A stretch of DNA of 64,000 nt from NCBI GenBank assembly GCA_000004695.1, contig CM000154.2, positions 5,061,353-5,125,352 of the forward strand. Reading direction: 5' to 3'. Numbering within the stretch: the stretch's first letter is position 1; each line of letters begins with the position of its first letter. The DNA comes from Dictyostelium discoideum. Its lineage: Eukaryota. Positions 40,929-57,052 of the stretch are shown here, one piece after another. The notes under the pieces were generated by a model. It saw only the letters and a list, made by a program, of their open reading frames with translations. It was not told the DNA's origin and did no database searches. The position numbers and the translations under genes are program-made.

Positions 40929-42024
40929 TTACATCTTGAGTTCTTTGACGGTTTCCCAGGTAAAGTCTGGATCATTTCTACCAAAGTGACCACCAGAGGC
41001 AGTTTTTTGGAAAATTGGACGAGTTAATTGGAGGTCACGCATTAAACAACCTGGACGTAAATCAAAGTTATTATCGATGATGGCAAGGATTTCAGCATCA
41101 GTCTTTTTACCGGTACCATAGGTATCAACAAAGACACTGAGTGGCTTGGCAACACCAATAGAGTATGAAACTTGAACTAAACAACGATCGGCAAGACCAG
41201 CGGCAACTAAAGATTTAGCGATCCATCTAGCAGCGTAAGCACCAGAACGATCGACTTTAGTGGCATCTTTACCAGAGAAAGCACCACCACCGTGAGCACC
41301 CCAACCACCATATGAATCAATGATGATCTTACGACCGGTTAAACCAGAATCACCCATTGGGCCACCAATGACGAAACGACCTGATGGATTCAAATGGTAG
41401 ATGGTGTTATCGTCTAAGTATTGAGCTGGAACAACAGCTTTGATGACTAATTCTTTCAAATCAGCTCTGATTTGTTCGTTGGTGACTTTTTCGTCGTGTT
41501 GAGTTGAAATAACGATGGTGTGTACTCTGACTGGAGTGATTTTGTGACCTTCTTTTTTGTATTCAACAGTGACTTGAGTCTTGGCATCTGGACGAGCCCA
41601 GGCTAAGGTACCATTGTGACGTAATTCAGTTAATTTGTTGACTAATTCAGAGGCGAGGAAATGAGTAAGTGGCATTAAAGTTGGGGTTTCGTTGGTGGCA
41701 TAACCAAACATGTGACCTTGATCACCAGCACCAATATCTTCTGGGTTAACTTTACCAATGTGGACACCTTGAGCAATATCTGGTGATTGTTGTTCAATTG
41801 CAACTAAAACATTGCAAGTTTTGTAATCAAAACCTTTTGATGAGTCATCATAACCAATCTTTTTAACAGCTTCACGAACAACTTTTTGATAGTCAACGTT
41901 GGCTTTGGTGGTAATTTCACCTAAAATCATAACCATACCAGTTTTGGTTGCAGTTTCTATTATTGTTTTTATAATTATTACAAAAAAATTAGATTAATTT
42001 TCTTTTTTTTTATTAAAATTTCTA

Positions 42025-42056
<32 letters not shown>

Positions 42057-42486
42057 CTTACCACAAGCAACTTTTGATAATGGATCTTGAGCTAAACAAG
42101 CATCGAGAACAGCATCTGATACTTGATCACAGATTTTATCTGTTTAATAATTTTTATAAAAAAAAATGAAAAAAAAAAAAAAATTAGTGTTTGGATATTT
42201 TTTTTTTTAAAAAAAAAAAAAAACTAGTGTTTGCATTGGTTTTATATTTTATTTTTATTATTATATATATATTTTTTTTTTTTTTTTTTTTTATTTATTT
42301 ATTTATTTATTTTTATTTGGTTATCTTTTATTTTTATTTTTATTTTTATTTTTATTTTTATTTTTATAATTTTTATTTTTATTATTTTAAAAGAATTGTT
42401 TTATTTTTATTTAATAAATTGATCATTTGATAATTACCTGGATGACCTTCGGTGACGGATTCACTAGTGAATAAATAAGATGACAT
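40929..42486 (-). CDS. sasA: S-adenosylmethionine synthase (methionine adenosyltransferase), 384 aa. Exons complement(join(40929..41956,42062..42139,42438..42486)).
   Basis: Exon 1 [16 protein letters not shown], exon 2 [26 protein letters not shown], exon 3 [24 protein letters not shown]...[46 protein letters not shown]...ASGGHFGR. This is the canonical MAT sequence throughout. The reconstructed 384-aa length matches what I recall for the Dictyostelium enzyme. Confidence 0.9.
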
Positions 42487-43906
42487 TTTATATATTGTGT
42501 GAAATATTACTTAAATAACTACAAAAAAAAAAAAAAAAAAAAAAAACTATTTAAAATTTTTTTCGCTTTTAAAAAAAAAAAAAAAAATAAAAAAAAAAAA
42601 AAATTAAAAAAAAAAAAAATTAAAAAAAAAATAAAAAATAAAAAACTTACCGTGGAAAGTTCGTTTTTTTCGATGACTCAAAAGTTTTATTGGTGAAAAT
42701 ACAGAATTTTTCTTTCAATTCTTTTTTTATTTTTTTTTTTTTATAAGGTTCAATTGGGATAATAATAATAATAATGAGATAATAATAATAATAAAAAAAA
42801 AAAAAAGGTTCAATTGGATAATAATAATAAAAAAAAAAAACAAAAAAAAAAAATAAATAAAAATAAAAAAAAATAAAAAAATATGTGCATATTGATTTGT
42901 TATTTAAAAATTACAGTATGTATTAACCAATAGATTAATAAAAAAAAAAGAAAAAAGAAAAAAGAAAAAAAGAATATTATTCTTCAAAAAAAAAAAAAAA
43001 TAAATGCCATAAATTACCAAAATCGTGCAATTAGATAATTTTTTAAGATTATTTGAAAGAAAAACCACACGTCAATTTTATTACCATTCCCAAGATATTT
43101 AAAAATTTTTCGGCTATAGGGTGATTTTTTTTTTTTTTGCCTGGTTCAAAAATAAAAAAAAAAATAAAAAAATAAAAAAAATAAAAAAAAAATAAAAAAA
43201 AAATAAAAAAAATAAAAAAAAAATAAAAATATAAAAATATCAAAAAAAAAAAACAAATAATAAAACAATAAATAATATTTCATAACAACAGTTTAAACAA
43301 TAGCTTTAATTGAACTAATTTCTCTCAAAATATATAGTTGGTTTTATTAAATTATAAATAAATCGGGATTAACAGATTTGTTTTTTGATACAATAAGCCT
43401 TGTTGGGCTTTTTAGGGATTAGTTTTTTTTTTTTTTATTACATTCAATTTAGGGAATTATATTTAATGAATTAGTATTTTTTTTAATTGTTAAATTTAAT
43501 CAATCAATATTTATCAGATTTTCAAAGTTTTTTTTTTTTTTTTTTTCTTTTCTATGTTTGACTTTAAAGCAAAATTTTCAAATGTCGGAATTGGTATCAA
43601 ATTTTTTTATATTTCTAAAAAAAAAAAAAAATAAAAAATAAAAAATAAAAAAAAAAAAAAAAAAAAAATAATAAAAGGTGTGGTTGTTGGATTCAACAAA
43701 ATGCAATAATAATAATTTTATGTTTTTGCCACACAATAATTTTTTATTTTTTTTTTTAATTTGTTTTTTTATTTTTATTTTATTTTTTTTATTTTTCCAT
43801 TTACTGTGTTGTTTGTATATTTTTATATAATTATACAAATAATTTAGAGATTTTCAATATAATAGAATATCATATAACTTAAAGTTTAAGATTTTTTATT
43901 ATTTTA

Positions 43907-44062
<156 letters not shown>

Positions 44063-44095
44063 TTTTTTTTTTTACAATTTAAAGTTAATTAATAA

Positions 44096-45485
44096 ATGTA
44101 TTCGAGAGAGATAATAAGCACAACTAGAAATTTAATAATACAACACTTTGTTTTTGGCAATTCATTATTAACCAAATTCATTGGACCAACAGTTGTTAAA
44201 TCAAAACCACCTGCAAAATGCCAACATAAGAGTGTTTCAACATCATCATCATCATCATCATCATCATCACAACCTTCTTCACAACAAAATGGAAGTGGTG
44301 GTGGTGGTGTGAACACAAATACCAATGGATTAAAATCAATGGATATGAGTTCCTTCATTAAAAAGAGTACTTTATTCCAAAATAATCAATCATTAAGAGG
44401 AAAATCTACATCGTTCGAGGTAAATATTAACAAAAGGTTTTTTTAATTTATTAAATTCTTTGTTTTATTAATTTATTTATTTATTTATTTATTTTTTATT
44501 ATTTATTATTTATTATTTATTATTCAAATTTATGTTAATATTAAAATTAAAGTGGGAGATATATGGACTTGAATCTCAAGTTGTTCAAATGAATTTAAAT
44601 CCTGGTACATCGATTACAGCTGAAACAGGGTCATTACTAGAGATGGGATCAGATATTGAAATGGATACTACAGCAAGGGGTGGATTTTTATCAAGTTTTA
44701 AGAGAATGTTCACTGGTCAAGGTTTATTTTTAACAAGATTTATAAATAAATCTGAAACTGTATGTCTGCTATTAATAAATTTAAAATATTTATCGTACCA
44801 ATTTATTAATTTTTTATTTATTTATTTTAGGAAAAAATGAGAATAACCTTTAGTTCACCATATATTTCAAAGATTGTACCAATAAAGTTATCAGAGTTTG
44901 GAGGTGAATTAATTTGTCAAAAGAATGCTTTTCTCTGTGGTGAGGATTCTGTTGAAATTGAACCAAGATTTACTAAAAATTTTAAAACTGGTTTCTTTGG
45001 AGGTCAAGGTTTTATTCTTCAAAGATTGGTAGGTAATGGTATGGTTTTTGTGCATGCTGGTGGTTCAATCATTTATAGAGTCTTATTGCCTGGCGAGAAA
45101 ATTAAGGTTACAACTGGTAGTATTGTTGCTTTTGAAACTTCGGTTGAATATAATGTTGAGGTAAGTAATTATTTATTATTATTATTATTTCAATTTTTTT
45201 TTTTTTTTTTTTTTTTTTAATTGTTAATTGGTGGTAATTTAATACTAACAATGTTATAATTTATAGTTTGTAAAAGGAATAAAGAATATATTATTCGGTG
45301 AAGGTTTATCTTTGGCAACGATTACAGGTCCTGGTTTAATAATTCTTCAATCATTACCATTTGAAAGATTGGTTAGAGCAATCGCTGGAAGTGGTTTGAT
45401 TGGTGGAGTTTCAACATCTACATCTACATCTACATCTACTGATAATCAACAACAATCTCAATCAACACCAACATCTTCTCATTGA
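44096..45485 (+). CDS. AIM24/DUF124 family protein (mitochondrial biogenesis AIM24-like; TRAP-like fold), ~356 aa. Exons join(44096..44419,44563..44759,44831..45160,45267..45485).
   Basis: Exons 2-4 carry the DUF124 pattern: YGLESQVVQMNLNPGTSITAETGSLLEMGSDIEMDTT...GQGLFLTRF, FGGELICQKNAFLCGEDSVEI...GFFGGQGFILQRLVGNGMVFVHAGGSIIYRVLLPGEKIKVTTGSIVAFETSVEYNVE, and FVKGIKNILFGEGLSLATITGPGLIILQSLP. Donors are GTAAAT, GTATGT and GTAAGT. The N-terminal exon is S-rich. Confidence 0.75.
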
Positions 45486-45610
45486 TTTAAAATTTTTTAA
45501 CCAAAAAAAAAAAAAAAAAAAAAAGGTAAAATAAAGATTTGATTTAATCAAAAAAATAATCAAAAAAAAATAAAAAAAAACTATTTAATTTAGATTTTTT
45601 AATTCTGTAC

Positions 45611-45695
45611 TCATTTATCATAAATTTATTTATTTATTTATTTAAATCAAATTATTAAAATCTTTTGTGTCAAATTAATTTTTTTAATTTAAAAT

Positions 45696-45747
<52 letters not shown>

Positions 45748-45774
45748 ATATAAATAAATAAATAATAGTTTAAA
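45611..45774. repeat. (TTTA)n followed ~55 bp later by (TAAA)n on the same strand, an A/T-only imperfect palindrome between the convergent 3' ends of the AIM24-like gene and dhx8.
   Basis: 45621-45647 taaatttatttatttatttatttaaat and 45690-45774 atttaaaatttaaataaataaataaataaa... can pair as a long hairpin/cruciform. A further (ATT)n array follows at 45834-45933. Confidence 0.5.
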
Positions 45775-45833
45775 TAAATTAATAAACCAATAAAAACAAA
45801 AGAATCTTTTTATTTTATCATAAATATATCTAC

Positions 45834-45933
<100 letters not shown>

Positions 45934-46012
45934 TTGTTTTTGAGATTAACTTTAATGTTATGATTTATTTTTATTTTTTTTTTTATTTTTATTTTTTAGT
46001 TTAATTAGTTAA

Positions 46013-49000
46013 TTATTTTCTTTTTGAAGGACGCCAAGCATTTGGATCATTATATTTATCATAAAGTGGTTCAATTTTTTCTTTTCTTTTTCTTTTTGAA
46101 ATTTTATTTGGATCAGAAGTTTTAAAGAATTTTGGAGCCAATTCAACCAACCATTTTGGATCGATGGTACAAACCTCTCTCATATATTCTTTGGTGGTCA
46201 TAACCAACTCATGATAGATTACCCAATCGGGATTTCTATTGAAGAGAGTGGAGGAAGGATGAATGTAAACTGGTTGACCCTCGACCAAAGTTTTATAGCC
46301 TTCATTTGGATCTTTTTTGCTAGCGTTTGCAAAGAAACCCGAACAGATTGCCTTTTGAATTTTTGTATAGTTTCTACCGGCGGAAATGATATCCAATTTG
46401 TAACGATCCATAATTGTGATCAATTGTTTTCTAACGTCTTGAGCTCTACGAAGGGAACGAGCCTGAACAAAGTTTTCAAAACACCAAGGATTACTGAATT
46501 TACTATTTTTCCAAGATTCATAAACGTTTAGTAGAGTTAGATGATCACCTTCAGGTTGAAAGAATTTTGCTTTCTTTTGATCGGCTAAAGCTTGTTTCTC
46601 TTTTGGACGATAGAAAACATTTTGAACTGATAACATTGCCACCACGGTTAGAATCTCATCACTACAACCGAGATCTACTGAGGCTATTAACATCTTTGAC
46701 AATTGAGGATCCAATGGGAATTCTGCCATTTTTCTACCTAAACGAGTGAGTAATCCTTCTTCATCCAATGCACCAAGTGAATAGAGTTGTTCCATAGCTG
46801 AGACTAGAGTTTGAACTGGTGGTGGATCCATGAAATCAAAATTTAACAAATCATTGATACCCATAGCTTTCATGGTTAACACGGTATTACCAAGATTTGT
46901 ACGTTGAATTTCAGGTATGGATGATGCTAACATTTCATTCTTAAAGGCGGATTCAGTGTAGAGACGATAACATTTACCAGGACCAGTACGACCGGCTCTA
47001 CCAGATCTTTGTCTAGCAGCAGCTTGACTAATTGGAGCGACTACCAATGAATCCATACCATTCTTTGGATTAAAACATTTTTGTTTACTAAAACCAGGAT
47101 CAATTACATAGTAAATACCATCTATAGTCAAAGAAGTCTCTGCGATATTGGTTGCAATGACAACTTTTCTACTACCAGGTGGTGCAGGTTCAAAGATTTT
47201 AGTTTGCATCTCTGATGGTAATGCTGAATAAACAGGTAAGATAATTAAATCGGGTACATTGGAGCCCAATGATTTCATACGTTCATAGAGGATTTGACAA
47301 GCTGCATCAATCTCTTCTTGACCCGTTAAAAACAATAAGATATCACCAGGTGGTTCAGAGAGATGAATTTGCATTACAGTGATCAATGAAGCATCAAGAT
47401 AATCAGCCTCTGGATCTTTTGTATAACGAATATCAACGGGGAATGTACGACCAGGAATGATAAACAATTGGGCATTCATAAAGTACTTTGAAAATTTTTC
47501 AGCTTCCAATGTTGCAGAGGTGATCAATACCTTTAATTCAGGTCTACGTTGTAATGCTTGTTTCAATAAACCAAAGAGTACATCTGTACTAATGGTTCTT
47601 TCATGTGCTTCATCCAAAATGATTACACTATAGGCTGATAAATTTGGATCCAATAGACATTCTCTAAGTAGAATACCATCGGTCATAAATTTAATAATGG
47701 TTTCAGGAGAGGTACAATCTTCGAATCTAATAGCATAACCAACCTCTTGACCCAATTGACAACCAAATTCTTCAGCAACACGTTTACTAACAGACATTGC
47801 AGCAACTCTTCTTGGTTGAGTACATCCTATTTTACCTCTAGTACCATAACCTGCCTCAGCTAAATATTGAGCCATTTGAGTTGTTTTACCAGAACCAGTT
47901 TCACCAATGACAACCAATAATTGATGTTCACTAACTGCTTGAAGAAATGCTTCTCTCAATGGAAAGATTGGTAATGATTCTCTTTGTTCCTTAATGGATC
48001 TACTAGTTGCTTTACCATATTGAATGTGTGAACCTTGTGTAACCTTTTTCCATTCTGGTATCTCAGTATCAATACCTTGACCAGCTATACTACGAATTTC
48101 TTGAGCTAAATGACGTTCACCCGCTTCAGGCATTGGATCGTGCCAAGGTAAACTAAGATCCTTTGGTATACTATCCATCATTTCATTACGTTGTTGATTC
48201 TTTTCCTCTTTTCTCTCCTTTGAAAGTGCGGTTTGAGTTGAGGCAGCACGTTGTAATGATCCATTTGGTTTCTTTACGATTTTAATTGGTGATAATTGTT
48301 GCATATTCATACGAGTACCCTTTAGAAATTGAGGTTCATCTTCATTTCTCTCAATATCAAAATCCTCTTCTGGTTGTTCTTCATCATGATTAACTAATCC
48401 AACCTCTTTATCATAATTTGGCATCTCTGGTACCGATAAAATACCACTTGCTATTAATTGTTTATATCCCCACCTATCAGGTGATGCAATTCTTTTTCTA
48501 TTTTTACTTGTTGTATATTTATCATCATCATCATTGTTGTTGTTGTTGCTGCTGTTATTATTGTTATTATTTGGTTTAAATGGATTTGATCTATTATTTG
48601 TTGAATTTGTTGAAATGATTGATTGTATATTTTGTTGTGGATTTAAATCTCTACCAGTTGATTGATCAACATCTTTCATTGATAAACTAATTTTTGAAGA
48701 GGCAACAGATAATATTTTAACTTTTACTTGTTGATTACGTTTAACGACATCAGAAGGATGATTCAATTTAGTTCTACCTGATAAAATTTGAGAGATATGA
48801 ACTAAACCATCTCTACGACCTGCAATACCTTCCAATGTAACAAAACAACCATAATCATTTATAGATGAAACTTTACCATCATAAATTTTATATAAAATTG
48901 GTTCTTTATCAATTTCTCTCCTTTTATTTTGTTGTTCTCTATCTCTATCTCTCTTTTCTCTTTGTTCTCGTTCAAATTCTCTATCCATATCTTGTTGTTT

Positions 49001-49226
49001 TCTCTTTAATTCTTCTTTAGTTTTTTCATCATCAATTGGTACATCAACGATTTTACCTTGATCCCATTCTACTTTATTTGGTATTGATAATCCTGGAAAT
49101 TGATTTTTCTTTTGATTATTAGAATTTGAATTTAATTTGGTTTCTTCCCATTCTGACTCTTTATAATTATTATTATTAGTTGTAGTTGTTGTTGTTGTTG
49201 TTGTAGTTGTTGTTTTTGCTGTGTTG

Positions 49227-49259
<33 letters not shown>

Positions 49260-49495
49260 GTTGTTGTTGTTGTTTTCTTTTTCATTTTTTCAATTAGATT
49301 AAATAAATGTGAACTTAATGATTCTGGAAAATCTGGTACATTCTCTGATATTGCTTTATTGAAATCCTTTAGTTTAGGATTTTCGTCAGCTAAACCAATA
49401 ACAAACTCGGCTAAAAGTTTGTCACCACTTCCAATAAACCTTTCTAATTCATTACATACTTGTGATTCTAACTCTATCCTTTCTAATTTATCCAT
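46013..49495 (-). CDS. dhx8: DEAH-box pre-mRNA splicing helicase DHX8/Prp22, 1160 aa, single exon.
   Basis: N-terminal DHX8-type domain ([22 protein letters not shown]...[12 protein letters not shown]), an S1 domain ([38 protein letters not shown]), then the helicase core [10 protein letters not shown] (motif I), DEAH (ILDEAHERT), [25 protein letters not shown] and [19 protein letters not shown]. It ends with HA2/OB domains and a basic C-terminus. Confidence 0.9.
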
Positions 49496-49604
49496 TTACC
49501 TTGATTTTTAATATTTACAAATTTATTTTATATATATATATTTCTATACATATTAACGAAATAATTTTATTTTTTTTTTTTTATTTTTCAAAAATTCCAA
49601 TTTT

Positions 49605-49674
<70 letters not shown>

Positions 49675-50164
49675 TTGAAATTTCAAAAGTATGTTAATTA
49701 CATTCCAAACTTAATAATGAAAATATTCCAAAAAAAAAAAAAAATTATAATAAAATATATATATAATTGAATAAGAAAGTATTTTAGCCTGTAAAATTTA
49801 AAGTAATCGTTTTTTGTCTTGAAAAATTGGGGTTTTATTTTTATTTTTTATTTTTTTTTAATTCTAAAAATAGATTTTTGTTTTTGAATTTAATTTTGAT
49901 TTTTAAAGTTGGAATTAGAAATTAATTTGGATACAGGAATTTAAAAAGACTCTAAAGACTTTTGATTTTATTTAAATAAATATGTTTTTTATTTTTATTT
50001 TTTTTATATTTTTTTATTATTTTTTATTTTTTATTTTTAATTTTTTATTTTTAAATCAACACACATTTTATCCTTTTCACAAAAAAAAATAATAAAAAAA
50101 AAAATAAAAAAAAAAAAAAAAATATAAATTTTAACACCAAAAGAAACCTAGTTAACTCTATAAA

Positions 50165-50425
50165 ATGGATGCATCATTTTTTAATGAACAAAAAAAACAA
50201 TATCAACAAACCTCTAATAATGATGGTCAAACTCAAAATAATAATCTTCTATTAACAATAAGAGAATTAAATATAAAGATAGAACAATTAATCTCTGAAA
50301 ATCAAATAAATGAAAAATTAATAATTGAAAAAGAAAAACAAATTCAAGAAGTAATTGAAAAAGAATTGGAACTTAGAAAAGAAATTGATCAAGTTTTAAA
50401 TGACAAACCACATTTGAAACTTTGA
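50165..50425 (+). CDS. Small (86 aa) coiled-coil ORF. Weak gene call.
   Basis: ATG ORF in A/T-rich intergenic DNA. The sequence is heptad-like (LLLTIRELNIKIEQLISENQINEKLIIEKEKQIQEVIEKELELRKEIDQVL). No homolog recognised, and it could be chance given the A-rich codons. Confidence 0.2.
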   Translation: MDASFFNEQKKQYQQTSNNDGQTQNNNLLLTIRELNIKIEQLISENQINEKLIIEKEKQIQEVIEKELELRKEIDQVLNDKPHLKL

Positions 50426-50597
50426 AGAATAAAAATGATAATAAAAATAATTATAATAAAAATAATAGTATATTAATATCATATTATATTATAAATAAAT
50501 TAAATAAAATATATATATTTTTAAAAAAAAAAGTATTTTAGCGTGGAATTGTTTTTTATTATTTTATTTTATTCATTTATGTTGAAATTTTATTATT

Positions 50598-50600
<3 letters not shown>

Positions 50601-50692
<92 letters not shown>
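50601..50692. repeat. (ATT)~30 microsatellite.
   Basis: Pure att array read directly. Confidence 0.9.
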
Positions 50693-50693
<1 letters not shown>

Positions 50694-50702
50694 ATCAAAA
50701 TC

Positions 50703-50733
<31 letters not shown>

Positions 50734-51047
50734 TAGGTTTTTTATTTTTAAAATTTGTTTATTTATTTTTTTTAAAAAGCCATTTTAATACAAATAAATA
50801 ATTTAATCCAAATAAAAAAAAATAAAAAAAAAAAAAAAAATAAAAATTATTAAGTTTAAATATTTAAATTATTTTTTTTATTTAATAGTATTATTTTTGT
50901 AAAATTAGATAATAAAAAAATAAATATAAAAAATTAATAAAAAATGTGGATTTGTTTTTTTTTTTTTTTTTTTTTTTTTTTCCAATAGAATTTATTTTAA
51001 ATATTAAAAAACAATCGGTTGTTTAAGTTAAAATAATTAGAATGGGG

Positions 51048-51122
<75 letters not shown>

Positions 51123-51208
51123 AATTATTATTATTAAAATTATTATTATTAAAATTATTATTATTATTTAATATGGAAAAGAAAAAAAAAAGAAAATAAA
51201 AAATTGTA

Positions 51209-51946
51209 TTAATGATTGATAGAGTCTTCAACAGTATCTAATTGGTTAAGTTTACTGTGTCTAATACCTGTTAACAAGAAATAAGAGTAAATAAAAAAAA
51301 ATAAAAAAAGTTAGTTTTTGTAGTTAAAAAATATAAAAAAATAAATAAATAAATAGACACAAACCATATATAAAATAGATTGAACTACCTAAAGCGGTCC
51401 AAGCAGCAACTCTGTAAAATGATGGTGTATCCAAATGCATAATAAAGAATGTATTTACAACAATGCCAAGGCATGGTAAAATTGGATTGAATGGACATCT
51501 AAGAAAATAAATAAAAAAAATAAAAAAAAATCGATTAGTCGTTTGGAAAAGAATTATAATAATAAATATACTATACAAAATAAATAAATACCTGAAAGAA
51601 GTTGGAATATTAATTTGTTTTTTCAACCAAACTAAACCAATAATAACAGCTTGACAAGCTCCGAGTGCAATTTGTATCCACATATTCCATCCCAATTTAC
51701 TTGAAATACCAAAAACGCATGCAAAAACGAATAAAATTAATAAGATAAAAGCAGATGGGAATCCATCTTCACCACCATCCTCTCTTCTAAAACGCATCAC
51801 AACAACACCCGCACAAACTGCTGTGAATGCTAATAATGTACCAATACTAATCATATTTGTAAGATTATCTAAATCTAAAACAATTGCTAAAATTGATGCA
51901 AATACACCCTAAATAAATAAAAGAAAAAAAAAAAAAAAAGAAATGT

Positions 51947-51995
<49 letters not shown>

Positions 51996-53251
51996 TAATA
52001 CAAACAGTAAAAACTGTACCAAATACTGGTACTTGTTTCTTATTCATTGAAGTGAATTTTTCAAAGAATAAACCATCCTTTGCCATTTGTAAGTAAATAC
52101 GTGGTTGACCTAATAGAGAGCAAAGTGTTGAAGCGGTTAAAGAAGTTAAAGTACCACAAGCGATGATCATGGCAGCCCATTTCATATCGAGACCATTGCC
52201 AATGAAAGCATCAGATAATGGAGAACCTTGACTGACATCAAGATAGTTGACCATACCAGATAAGACCAAAGTGACACCTATATATAAAGTGGTTGCAATT
52301 ACCAAAGTACCAACGATACCAATTGGTAAATCTCTCTTTGGATTCTTTACCTCACCAGCCAAAGTGGTGACAGAATCGAAACCAACATAACTAAAGAAAA
52401 CCACAGAGCAACCACTGAAAACACCAGTCATACCAAAAGGAAGGAATGGTGTCCAATTGGATCTATCTACATGGATTGAACCTAAAATGATGAAAAAGGT
52501 GATGGTAAGAAGATTGATTGCAGTGATTGCCATATTGAAACGTGCTGAATCCTTGATACCAAACACTAAAATGATGGTGCAAATTACAATGATCACTGGT
52601 GCAACTGGATTAATGTTTATCCACTCGTTAATACTATAACCACTGATCCATTGGGGTGCTTCTTTACCAAAGATTTTGAAAATCACTTGAAAATAACCAA
52701 CCCATCCTCTTGCTACTGCCGATGCTGAAATTGCATACTCTAATGTGAGATTCCATCCTACAAACCATCCCATAAATTCTCCTAATGATACGTAAGCAAA
52801 TGTATATGCACTACCTGAAACTGGAATACGAGCTGAAAACTCTGAATAACAAAATGCTGATATTAAACATGCTATTGCTGAAAATAAAAATGATAATAAT
52901 GTACCTGGTCCTGCTTTTGTAGCAATCGCTATACCAATTGAAACAAAAACACCTGCTCCAACTGTACTACCAATACCTAAAAATATTTATAGTTTTAATT
53001 TTTTTTTTTTTTTTTATTTTTTTTTTTTAATTAATTATTTCTCTTTCTCCGTTCGGTAATTTTTTTTTTTTTTCTTCATCTTTATACATACCATATGAAA
53101 TAATATCAATTATAGATAGACATTTGTTTAAAGAAGCTTCAGAGTCTTCACCATCTTTAGGTCCATTTAATGGATACTTTCTAATTATAGAATTTAAATT
53201 ATATGGATTTCTTTTTTTAACCAACGGTGAATATTTACTGCTATAATTCAT
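51209..53251 (-). CDS. Cationic amino-acid transporter (SLC7A1-4/CAT-like, APC superfamily), ~546 aa. Exons complement(join(51209..51267,51365..51498,51592..51908,52006..52976,53092..53251)).
   Basis: Exon 1 ...LNKCLSIIDIISYG joins exon 2 IGSTVGAGVFVSIGIAIATKAGPG...FCYSEFSARIPVSGSAYTFAYVSLGEF, the CAT signature (compare mammalian [28 protein letters not shown]). Downstream exons continue through 12+ TMs and a C-terminus IYFIYG|IRHSKLNQ... (compare YFGYGLWHSEE). Donors are GTATGT/GTTTGT/GTATTT and all phases are consistent. Confidence 0.8.
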
Positions 53252-53302
53252 TTTTTTTTTTTTTTGTTTATATATTTATTTATTTGTTTTTATTTTTATT
53301 TT

Positions 53303-53346
<44 letters not shown>

Positions 53347-53458
53347 GGATTAAAATATATTTATATTAAAAATAAAAAAAATTATTAATAATAATAAATA
53401 AAATAATAATAAATAAATTTTTATTTCTGGGGGGACCCCGAATAAAAAAATAAAGAAA

Positions 53459-53499
<41 letters not shown>

Positions 53500-54479
53500 A
53501 AAAAAATAAAAAAAAAAAAAAAAAAAATAAAAAAAAAAAAAAACCCCAGGGAAAATTGATTTTTAAGATTAAAATTAAAAAAACTAAAAAAAAAGTAATT
53601 AGATATTTCCATTGATAGAAATTATTCTCGAAATTCGATTTTCTTTTGATTATAAAAAAATATCTTAATTGATGATCACATCTTTGCAAAAAAAAAGACA
53701 ACAATAAATAAAATTTTTAAAAAATCAGATTTTTTTTTGTGTAACTCAATAAATGTGAAACTTTTTTTATTTTTTTTATTTTTTTATTTAAATTTAATTT
53801 CTTCTTTTCTTTTTTTTTTTTTTTTTTTATTTTATTTAAATTTAATTTCTTCTTTTATTTTTGTACATTAATTTGTATGATTCTTTTGGTTATAAATTTT
53901 ACTTTCCAAAATCTTTTATTTGATTAATTGCCTTAACAGTTTCTTTGTGTAAATTTGGAACATCATAGTTTTGTGAATAATAAATACCTAATGCCAATCA
54001 ATTTGTATAAGTAAACATTATTTTTCCTTATTATTTTTATTACTTTGTTTTTATTATAATAATTACCTGAAATGGCACCTAATGTGAAGATCAAAGTGTT
54101 TTTTATTATAGTCATTGGGTCTTTGTTAATTAAAAAAAAAATAAAACAAATGAAAAAAAAAAAATAAAAAAAAAGATTAAAAAAATTTGAAAAAAAAAAA
54201 AAATAAAAAAAATAAAAATAGTGAAAAAAAAATAAAAAATAAAAATAAATTGACAGCCATAAAAAATTAAAAAAAAATGCAGTGTATTAGCTGGCACTGT
54301 TTTTACTTTGCATTGGTGAGGCATAAAGATTTTTTTGATTGTTTCATCACTAAATTAATAATTCACTTAATTTCAAAAAATTGTAATAAATATAAAAAAA
54401 AAAAAAAATTAGATGTGTCATTTTTTTAATCTTTTCTTTTTATTTATTTTTGCAGTTGTGATTTAAGTTAGAAAAAAGC

Positions 54480-54510
<31 letters not shown>

Positions 54511-55064
54511 AAAAAAAAAATAAATAAATAAATAAAAAGATAAATAAAATGAATAACCAATTATAATTAAAATTTTTTTAAAAAAATTAAAATAACATGT
54601 ACTTTTTTTTTTTTTTTTTTTTTATGAGTGGTAATATCACAAATATGCTCATTAAAAGTATTTTCAGATAATCATACTTTTTTTTTGTGTATTTTTTTTC
54701 TTTTTTATTTTTTATTTTTTATTTTTTTATTTTTTTTTTTTGGTTGAAAAGCTGAAACCAAAAAAAAAGAAAAGGATTAAAAAAAAAAAAAAAACCAAAG
54801 TGATCACTTTATTTTATATATACAATACCATTTTTATTATTATTTATTTATTTATTTCTATTATAATAGGAGAGAATTAACAATTGTTATTGGTTTTTTT
54901 TTTATTTATTTTTTAATTTTTTTTTTAAATTTTTTTTTTTTTTTTAATTTAAAATTCAACTTCAAATAAAAAACATTAATAACAGAAGAACATTACTTAA
55001 ATTGCCTTTTCTTTTTTTTCCTTTTTTTTTTTTTTTTTTTTTTACTAAAAAAAAAAAAAAAAAA

Positions 55065-57052
<1,988 letters not shown>

